Shown in pieces: positions 21,167 to 29,629 of a stretch of 64,000 nucleotides of DNA. The stretch lies in assembly GCF_046119375.1 (NCBI RefSeq), contig NW_027362762.1, positions 681,070,001-681,134,000 on the forward strand, written 5' to 3'. Each line of letters opens with the position of its first letter. Position 1 is the first letter of the stretch. The notes beneath the pieces are model-generated. The model did not search any database. It was not told the origin of the DNA and was given only the letters and a program-made list of their open reading frames with translations. The position numbers and the translations under genes are program-made. The DNA comes from Phyllobates terribilis. Lineage: Eukaryota.

Positions 21167-24087
21167 TAAAACAACAAAAATAATATAGATAACAATCAGT
21201 ATATGGTCACAGAGGTTAAGGAAAAATAGCCAATATTTACAAAATATATATGACATGTAGTTTATGTCAATTGAGAACTACCTGTCATGGGAGGGTCAGG
21301 GAAGGAGGGGCAGGAGGCATGAGGTGGATGTCCCATAAAAGAAAGAAAAAAGAAAGCATATCAGTATATGTGTAAGGTTTTCATAAGGTGAACAGAAGCC
21401 ACCAAGGAGGCTGTGAAAAAAGAGGGTATTGTTAAGGAAAGACACTGATAGCCGCTGCAACCAAACAAGGGTCAGTGGTGGACACATACCTTGTGTAGAT
21501 GCATGCGCTGTATGACGCTCTGGGAACGCGGTATTCACCACTTGTTCCTGTGATGTGCGGTGTGCAGAGAATGTGAATAAGCCTTTTATAGGCTGTGGGT
21601 GGGTCCTATATGGATACACTAGACATTGGTGGTAGTGGGACGCCGAAAATGCGCGTTGTTGAAGGACCTGCCGGACCAGAAATGACGCGGCGGACGCATC
21701 ATCAGGTCCTGTGACTAGGCGGCGGTCACGTTGGCGGAAGTGATGTACCACTTGCGTTCCATTTCGGAGGCTTTGCGTTCCACTGCGCGGCTGGTGTGAA
21801 TGGCTGGCTATTACAGGGGATATTACAAGAGTGTTGCACATAGGAGAAAAAGAATCCAGAGTAGGGACATCAGGAGGGATCAGGGAAGAAGGCTGGGATC
21901 TAGGAAGGATTCTGGGGAATAAGAAAAAAACGTTAGAATATGTACAGAAATGCATATGTCAAAATCTAAATACTGTATATGAAAGACACTATTGAATATA
22001 TATAGAGTTTATACAGACATATTCTTGATGAGACACATATTGTACATAAGACAAAAATAAATGTAAAACAGACGATCCCATACCTAGTCAAGACGTGGCA
22101 GGTGCTGGAAATCTCATGTGTGGGGACCAAAATTAATACGGGTTCAACATCAGGTTTATGATATTGTTTATTTACGGGATATTGTTTAGGTAAAAGACAG
22201 AAGGTCATATTCTCGGTTCAGTCCTCTAGGTGTAAGCGATTGTAGTTTGTGAATACAATAGGCTTCACGGCATTTAAGCATACATATACTGTCTCCCCCT
22301 CGGCGTGGTAACGGTACGTGGTCCATAACCTGGAATTTAAGTTGTGCAACTGTATGGCCGGCTGATGTGAAATGATTGGGCAAAGGCAATAGTAAGTTCT
22401 TATGACGCGCCCCTGGGCCTGCTGTGTCGTGCGGCATCGCGCACACGGGGGCTTACCCGGAGCCGGATCAGATGGGGGTAGTAGTCTCGTGGCGGTGACC
22501 CGGTCCGTGCCCAGGGAGTCAAACTGGACGGCAGTCTATTAGCAGTAGATGTTGTACGACTACGCCACCCGTTGAATGCAGCTATGAGGCTGCCGCTGCA
22601 GGACAGTCCGCTGAGGCCGGTGATATGATTGTGCAGCGTAGATGGTATAACCCCCAACGGGAGGGGTATGGCCTCAGGGCAGCAGATGTAGATGATGGAG
22701 GAAGTGATAGTGCAGCAAGGAGACTCAGACACGTATGATGCAGTTTCAGGGTGTTTACTCACTGATGTTGCTTTAGTCTCTTCGGCCGGGAGTGACCACC
22801 CGAGCCGTACTGCGTTCACCAGGTGCGGGACTCGGCTAACCCCCAGGCAATTCCGGAGCGTGGTCCTGAGCTTCCCTCTCACTCTCTTTCTCCTGGCCGT
22901 CCCCACCAGGGATCCACCTTTGTCCGGTTCCCTTGGGCCTTCTATGGTAAAACCTTCTCCGGCTTTCCTGACCCTACTCTTGGTGTACCTTCCTGGTGGA
23001 TGTGGTGAGGGTCGTGGCAAAACTTAACCACGACCTCCGGTTCCTGGTTAAGGGTTACTTTTGCCTCCGCCAGCTTGGGATCCGGTGCCCTCTTCTGCCA
23101 ACCCTTCACCCTTATTGGTTTGCTTCTGGGATCTTAGGGTTCCCTCTTTCTGCGTCTCTGGGCCTTCCTTCTTCCTCTCCACTACAAGCCTGGCCCTGGA
23201 GCTGGGCCCAGCCGGAGCCACAGCTCCCTGTCAGCCCTCCTGGCTGAGCTCCTCTGCTCTGCTTCTCCTCAGACTGAACTCGACCCTGTCCTAAGATGGT
23301 GCCCACCATATATACTCCCTCTATGTGTGAGCCCAGGTGACCAGCACCCAATGGGCTCCTAGCTTTACCCAGAGTACTCCCCCTATCTGCCCCTACACTA
23401 CTGGGATGTTCCACCCCCCCTCCCACTCCAGCCAGGGACAGACGCTGTCGTACCTGCACATCTATTTGGTGGGAGTACCGTAGTTCTGTCCCCCGGAAAT
23501 GGTATGTATGTAGTGCATGCAGCCTACTGAGCTCAGTCCCACACTCCATCCTTATCCGGGAGTGGAATACCATACCTCTGGTTTGAGGTGCAATACCCCT
23601 GCAGCAGCCGAGTCCTCAGGGTGCTACATTCCCCCCTGGTAAATCACAGCACGTCCTCGGGCTGTAAAAGAGCAAAACAATATAAAACATACAAACTTTT
23701 GCAAAACATACACCAACATATAAAACATTATAACCATTATCAGATTCTAGCAATATAAACTTTTTCATATAAAACTCTTTTTTTATATAAAATGTTCTTG
23801 AGTTTCTGGCCACTGTGCACTTGTGACCAGGTAAAAGTGCAACAGTACAAAAACAGTTCCTTATAAAACCGGTAGGGGGCGCTTTAGGAAGCGCAACTAT
23901 ATACAGGATATGGCCGCTCTCAGTCCTCGGCCAGTGGGGATAAGGGATGGCTGTTCACAGTCCTCAGCCTGGGTAGGGATAGGGACACACGGGTAACAGT
24001 TTGCTGGTCCCAACGGGGACTATACTTTACTGGTAACAGTTCTTGTACCCTTACGGGTAACTATTTACAGTTTCACTGTACCGTACT

Positions 24088-25689
24088 TTAATAACGGCAT
24101 CCTCCTGCTCCTCCTTGAGGGTAATCTTCAGACCCGTCCGGGTCCTCTTGACCTTCCTCAAACCGCAGCTCTTCCTCAGTCAGTGGGTGCACATGAAGAG
24201 CATATGGTCCCTTAGCACACTGATGCCGGGTGAAGGTGACCTCATCACCCAGGTAAAGATCACGTCCTCTGTGTCCCTCCGGCAGATGGCTCTCGACGTC
24301 CCTGCGGGTGACAAAGACGTCGCCGGGGGTTCTGTGGTCCCGGATAAAACCCCAACCGTGCTGCAGTTGAAACTTGATTACGGTCCCGGTGGCGCGGGGA
24401 CCATGGGCTGCACGGGGGTTTCGCCTGGTCCAGCTCTTCTGTTCCGCACTCTGTACCTGCAGCCGCTCCTCGCGGACCCGCCTCTCTCGCCGTTCCCGGT
24501 CGAAGACCTCCAGCTGTTGCCGGCAGCACTCTGCTCGCTGGGCTGCGGCCGCCCGGGTCTCATGGGTGAACCCAATGAGGTTTTCTCCGGTGGGGTCCCA
24601 TTCGAATTGGGCCTCCTCCAACGGGAGCGGGACGATCTTGACAGGCGCCGGAGCCGGAATCAGGGGCTCACACAGAGGCCTTTCCTTCCGGAGTCGGGGA
24701 TGGAGGTACTCCGGTGGCCACTCAAAGGGCTGCCCATCCGGGCAAGTGTGCTGGGCGAACAGGTCTTCACCCAAGGGTAGGACTTTGTGGGTTGAGGGCG
24801 CGGTGGTGGCAGCGGCGCCCGGGTTCACCAGGCCTTGCGACCAGGCCGGTGGCACTCTAAAGGTAAAGGGCACTGTGGAGACGGCGGCGCCCGGGGGTAC
24901 TCGGCCCTGCGACCAGGCCGGTGGCGTCTCCTGCTTGGCCGTGCTCGGGGTTGAGGCGCGTGTCGTCACAGGGGGCGTGGTCGCGGCTCCTGCTTGAGGC
25001 CTAGTCTGGAGCGGTGGTGGTGCAGCGACAGGCACGGTAGGGGGAATTTCGGGCTCTGCGACGGGGAGCTGGGGCAGGCTCACGGTTTCTAGGCTTGGGG
25101 TAGTGACGTCCCCTTTACCTGCCTCCGTCTCTTCAGCTCCTTCCACGGCGTCGTCTCCGGCCTTCATTCCTCCTGCACCATCCTCAGAGGCGGTCAGACT
25201 CCTCGTCTCGGGTGGCGTGCTCCGCTGGCGGGTTCCAGCCTGCTGGGCCATCTCCCTACTCCACTCAGTCAGCGTTTCTCGCTGCACCTGGGCCATCCTC
25301 CGTGCGAGGCCCTCCAGCGCGGTCTGTGCACGCTCCCGGTCTCGGGGGAGCTGTGCCAAGATCTCCACCAGGTCTTGTGGGGTGGTGGCTTGCAACAGGC
25401 TCCTGACCACAGGGTCGGTGCTGCCTGACTCTCCCTCCATCTCCGGGTGCGAACTCTCCAGACTCCTCCAGGCTGCACCCATCCTCTCTCTTTTGTTCTT
25501 GATCCGCCCACTTTTTTGGTGGTCCCGGGGCAACTTGGTGATTGTCAGTTCCAGGGGCAGCCCCCCCACGCTGATGGACATCTCTACCATTGTAGTCTCT
25601 GCTGGTGGGGGCGGTCTCCGCTTTTGGCGCTCTTCTGGGACCTGGCCCACGATGGGAGGTGGCCTCTTGCCACCCTCTGGCACGCCCAT
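24088..25689 (-). CDS. 533-aa protein: helical N-terminal block, Pro/Ala/Thr-rich linker, conserved unknown domain, charged helix, C-terminal cold-shock (OB-fold) domain, acidic tail
   Basis: Intact ORF; GTVIKFQLQHGWGFI (RNP1-like)...DVFVTRRDV (RNP2-like)...LYLGDEVTF...KGPYALHV follows the canonical CSD pattern. The true start may be a downstream ATG. Confidence 0.85.
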   Translation of the reverse strand: MGVPEGGKRPPPIVGQVPEERQKRRPPPPAETTMVEMSISVGGLPLELTITKLPRDHQKSGRIKNKRERMGAAWRSLESSHPEMEGESGSTDPVVRSLLQATTPQDLVEILAQLPRDRERAQTALEGLARRMAQVQRETLTEWSREMAQQAGTRQRSTPPETRSLTASEDGAGGMKAGDDAVEGAEETEAGKGDVTTPSLETVSLPQLPVAEPEIPPTVPVAAPPPLQTRPQAGAATTPPVTTRASTPSTAKQETPPAWSQGRVPPGAAVSTVPFTFRVPPAWSQGLVNPGAAATTAPSTHKVLPLGEDLFAQHTCPDGQPFEWPPEYLHPRLRKERPLCEPLIPAPAPVKIVPLPLEEAQFEWDPTGENLIGFTHETRAAAAQRAECCRQQLEVFDRERRERRVREERLQVQSAEQKSWTRRNPRAAHGPRATGTVIKFQLQHGWGFIRDHRTPGDVFVTRRDVESHLPEGHRGRDLYLGDEVTFTRHQCAKGPYALHVHPLTEEELRFEEGQEDPDGSEDYPQGGAGGCRY

Positions 25690-25923
25690 AATGGCGTCCG
25701 CTCTGCCAGGGCGGGAAATCGTCTCAGATGGCGGGAATCATCTCCCAATGGCGGGAAACTCTGTGGATGGCGGGAAAAGACTGCAGATGGCGGGCAAACG
25801 GCGGGAAACGATCCGAGATGGCGTCCGATGGCGGGGACCCTCCGGAACCGGCGGGAGACTTCTTCTTACGGTACAGATAAACTTTTCTTCAGGCACGCAG
25901 TACCCGGTGGTAGCGGGCACGTG

Positions 25924-25941
25924 ATCCTGCCGACTACGCCA
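25924..25941 (-). promoter_or_regulatory. PBS, tRNA-Ser(AGA/TGA) type
   Basis: TGGCGTAGTCGGCAGGAT on the minus strand; complementary to tRNA-Ser ...ATCCTGCCGACTACG-CCA as recalled. Confidence 0.85.
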
Positions 25942-28336
25942 AAGTTGACGCGCCCCTGGGCCTGCTGTGTCGTGCGGCATCGCGCACACGGGGGCTTACC
26001 CGGAGCCGGATCAGATGGGGGTAGTAGTCTCGTGGCGGTGACCCGGTCCGTGCCCAGGGAGTCAAACTGGACGGCAGTCTATTAGCAGTAGATGTTGTAC
26101 GACAACGCCACCCGTTGAATGCAGCTATGAGGCTGCCGCTGCAGGACAGTCCGCTGAGGCCGGTGATATGATTGTGCAGCGTAGATGGTATAACCCCCAA
26201 CGGGAGGGGTATGGCCTCAGGGCAGCAGATGTAGATGATGGAGGAAGTGATAGTGCAGCAAGGAGACTCAGACACGTATGATGCAGTTTCAGGGTGTTTA
26301 CTCACTGATGTTGCTTTAGTCACTTTGGCTGGGAGTGACCACCCGAGCCGTACTGCGTTCACCAGGTGCGGGACTCGGCTAACCCCCAGGCAATTCCGGA
26401 GCGTGGTCCTGAGCTTCCCTCTCACTCTCTTTCTCCTGGCCGTCCCCACCAGGGATCCACCTTTGTCCGGTTCCCTTGGGCCTTCTATGGTAAAACCTTC
26501 TCCGGCTTTCCTGACCCTACTCTTGGTGTACCTTCCTGGTGGATGTGGTGAGGGTCGTGGCAAAACTTAACCACGACCTCCGGTTCCTGGTTAAGGGTTA
26601 CTTTTGCCTCCGCCAGCTTGGGATCCGGTGCCCTCTTCTGCCAACCCTTCACCCTTATTGGTTTGCTTCTGGGATCTTAGGGTTCCCTCTTTCTGCGTCT
26701 CTGGGCCTTCCTTCTTCCTCTCCACTACAAGCCTGGCCCTGGAGCTGGGCCCAGCCGGAGCCACAGCTCCCTGTCAGCCCTCCTGGCTGAGCTCCTCTGC
26801 TCTGCTTCTCCTCAGACTGAACTCGACCCTGTCCTAAGATGGTGCCCACCATATATACTCCCTCTATGTGTGAGCCCAGGTGACCAGCACCCAATGGGCT
26901 CCTAGCTTTACCCAGAGTACTCCTCCTATCTGCCCCTACACTACTGGGATGTTCCACCCCCCCTCCCACTCCAGCCAGGGACAGACGCTGTCGTACCTGC
27001 ACATCTATTTGGTGGGAGTACCGTAGTTCTGTCCCCCGGAAATGGTATGTATGTAGTGCATGCAGCCTACTGAGCTCAGTCCCACACTCCATCCTTACCC
27101 GGGAGTGGAATACCACACCTCTGGTTTGAGGTGCAATACCCCTGTAGCAGCCGAGTCCTCAGGGTGCTACACTTACAGTGTATAGTAGATTTATGTTTTG
27201 ATATACGATCTTTAATGGGTTGTGTAGTATCTCCAATGTAAATGAGTCCGCATGGGCATTTGATTAGATAAATCACAAAGGTGGATTTGCACGTGTAATA
27301 GTCCTTAATTTGGTATTGTTTACCTGAATGTGGGTGGTAAAATGTATTACCTCTGGTGACATTGTTACACTGGTAACATTGTAGACATGGAAATGTGCCG
27401 GTTTTCGGATTTGAGAGAAATCTTTGTCTGGGTAAGGTATTGGTTGTTCCAAAATCAGCTCGGATGAGTTGATCCCTGATGTTCGGGGCTCTCTTAAAGC
27501 AAGGTAAGAAGGGGCCATTGAATTCTGGTACAGAGGGATATGCAGTTTGTAGTATTTTCCAATGTTGTCGGATTTTTTTATGAAGAATGAGTACCGCCGG
27601 ATGGTAAGTATGAACAAAAGGAATGCGGTTAGAGGCGGTGGGGGGCGAACGTTGGCCCTAGGTTGTAAGAATTTTTTTTAAAAGATCGGGGTGGGGTGGG
27701 GTATCCATGTTCCTCAAACTGCATTTCTTTAAGACTGAGGTCACACATGGTTGCGTCACTGACTATCCGTTTAACACAATGGAATTGTGACTTCGGGATT
27801 GAGGAAATCGTGGATTTGGGGTGTAAGCTGTCGAAACGGAGTAATCCGTTCCGGTCAGTAGGTTTGACATAAAGGTCAGTGGAGAGTATCCCCTCCTGGT
27901 TCTTAATAACCCTAGTGTCTAGGAAGTTGATGGAAACAAAATCTGAGGAGATCGTGAATTTGAGTCCCTCTCATGCTGAGTTGATACTGTTGAAAAATTA
28001 TTTGAGTGACTCAACCAAGCCCCCCCATATGCCCTTCTTTGGTTGCAGCGGCTATCAGTGTCTTTCCTTAACAATACCCTCTTTTTTCACAGCCTCCTTG
28101 GTGGCCTCTGTCCACCTTATGAAAACCTTACACATATACTGGTATGTTCTCTTTTTTCTTTCTTTTATGGGACATCCACCTCATGCCTCCTGCCCCTTCT
28201 TCCCTGACCCTCCCATGACAGGTAGTTCTCAACTGACATAAACTACATGTCATATATATTTTGTAAATATTGGCTAATTTTCCTTAACCTCTGTGACCAT
28301 ATACTGATTGTTATCCATGTTATTTTTGTTGTTTTA

Positions 28337-28376
28337 GTACACTGATGAAGGTCCTGAGTGACCGAAACGTTTGTAC
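28337..28376 (+). ncRNA. Minimal type I hammerhead ribozyme (inverted pLTR copy, intact stems)
   Basis: GTACA-CTGATGA-A-GGTC-ctgagt-GACC-GAAAC-GTT-TGTAC: stems I and II perfect, palindromic AACGTT stem III as in dimeric PLE hammerheads. Confidence 0.75.
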
Positions 28377-29448
28377 ATTGCATTAAACTTCATTAAAAAT
28401 CAAGAAAATGTAACTAAAGTCTTAGAGTGCCAGGTTATTATAGACTTTTAATAGCGGGCACACTGACCGCAGAGCGGGAGCAGGAGCCGCGCTGCTGCTA
28501 CAGTGTGTGCTCTATTGGAGAGTGAATGGTCACTGCTCCCCAAGCACACAGTCCTGGCGCGGGGAGCAGTGACTATTCTGGCACAGCACTTTACTGTGTG
28601 AGGGCGCATGGCAGGGATGCTATGCACGCCCTGCCATGCGCGGCTCACAAAGTGAGAGTGTCGGCAGCAGAGCGGAACCCTCTGGAGGAGAGAGTAGGTG
28701 AGTATAACTATTTTTGTGTGCACAGTGTGATGTTTATCAGGGGGGCCATGCATTACCAGGATTGGGATCAGAGGGGCCATGCATAACAGCATGGGGATCA
28801 GGGGTGCCATGAATACCAGGATGGGGATCAAGGGGTGCCATGCATACCAGGATGGGGACCAGGGGTGCCTTGCATACCAGGATGGGGACCAGGGGTGCCA
28901 TGCATATAGGGATGGGGGCCACGTATAACAAGAAGGAGGAGGACATATATACCAAAATAGGGGATATTAACAGTATTGGGGGACATTACCCCTATAACAG
29001 TGTCAGCAGCAGACCCCCTCCCCATTAACCGTGCATCATGACCACAGTTTTTGCTCATTTTTTTTCCTCCTCTAAAACCTAGGTGCGTCTTATGGTCCGG
29101 TGCTTCTTATAGTCTGAAAAATATGGTAATAATAATAATAATAATAATAAAAAAAGTACCGCCCTATAAAAGTAATAGAAATCTCTTGGCCTCCTTATTA
29201 AAATAATTGTGCCCCTGGGGCCTCCTTATAGTAATATCAAGGCCCCCTGGTCCTCTGTTTAACGATAATAGTGCCCACACTGCCTTCTAATAATAATAAC
29301 AGTGCCCCCTGGTCCTCTTTATAATAGTATTTGCATATCTTGAGCCTCTTTCTAATAACATTAGTGTCCTCCTTGGGATTTCTGAAATAACAATGTTACC
29401 CCCCTGGGCCTCCATACAATAATATTATTGCCCTTATTGATCTCCTTA

Positions 29449-29629
29449 GGTCACGGCCCCAATATCAGTATTTGATCAATATTCAGTCAGTATTTTTTCT
29501 CAGGAGTGGGAACCAAAACCAGAAGTGGGTGATAAATGAAGAATTTGTTGCTATTATTCCTTTTCTCTGATTGTTCCTCACCTGGTTTTGGCTTCCCCTC
29601 CTGAGAAAAAATACAGAAGGAATACTGAC
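29449..29629. mobile_element. Left part of a palindromic MITE split by the hAT (right part 63886-63919)
   Basis: Colinear with the intact copy at 19030-19235 up to AATACTGAC; the missing terminal arm reappears at 63886-63919. Confidence 0.8.

Larger units (their letters stand above)
22403..27171 (-). mobile_element. CSD1: non-autonomous LTR element carrying a cold-shock-domain ORF
   Basis: 1226-bp LTRs at 25946-27171 (5') and 22403-23628 (3'), about ten substitutions by eye; perfect TSD CTTA; PBS 25924-25941; PPT 23629-23641; single ORF; no RT/IN/PR motifs. Confidence 0.92.
22186..28030 (-). pseudogene. Penelope RT-thumb/GIY-YIG endonuclease remnant interrupted by CSD1
   Basis: IYLIKCPCGLIYIGDTTQPIKDRISKHKSTIHCK (27276-27172) continues after the insertion as KNLLLPLPNHF...REAYCIHKLQSLTPRGLN (22402-22186); upstream part frameshifted. 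Confidence 0.85.
20991..28446 (-). mobile_element. 5'-truncated Penelope-like element with inverted pLTR
   Basis: Flanked by TTTAATAGYGGGCA (20977-20990 / 28447-28460); ~0.4-kb inverted repeat 21060-21475 vs 28028-28446; RT C-terminus, zinc knuckle GTFPCLQCYQC and GIY-YIG remnants on the minus strand. Confidence 0.85.
20600..29128. mobile_element. Tc2-like non-autonomous element split by the Penelope insertion
   Basis: Internal GGGGGGTGCGTCTTATAGTCTGAA near 20618; body resumes at 28447; terminal TIR CTTATAGTCTGAAAAATATGG-TA at 29106-29128. Left end truncated. Confidence 0.6.

Noticed and set aside
22400-23294. ORFs of 77-209 aa duplicated at 22400-23573 and 25934-27116, and at 57963-58533 and 61390-61960
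   Set aside because: They lie within the paired LTRs, so duplication is expected; they have no domain motifs.
24088-25689. CSD ORF as a host Lin28 or Y-box gene or retrocopy
   Set aside because: No CCHC knuckles or Y-box Arg-rich tail, a divergent CSD, and it sits between LTRs with PBS, PPT and a 4-bp TSD, not a poly(A) tail.
24115-25924. Overlapping plus-strand ORFs (207-273 aa) antisense to the CSD1 ORF, and similar ones at 59116-59763
   Set aside because: Expected shadows of GC-rich coding sequence; no conserved motifs seen between the two elements.
21060-28446. 0.4-kb inverted repeats as DNA-transposon TIRs
   Set aside because: Hammerhead motifs and the GIY-YIG remnant identify them as Penelope pLTRs in inverted arrangement.
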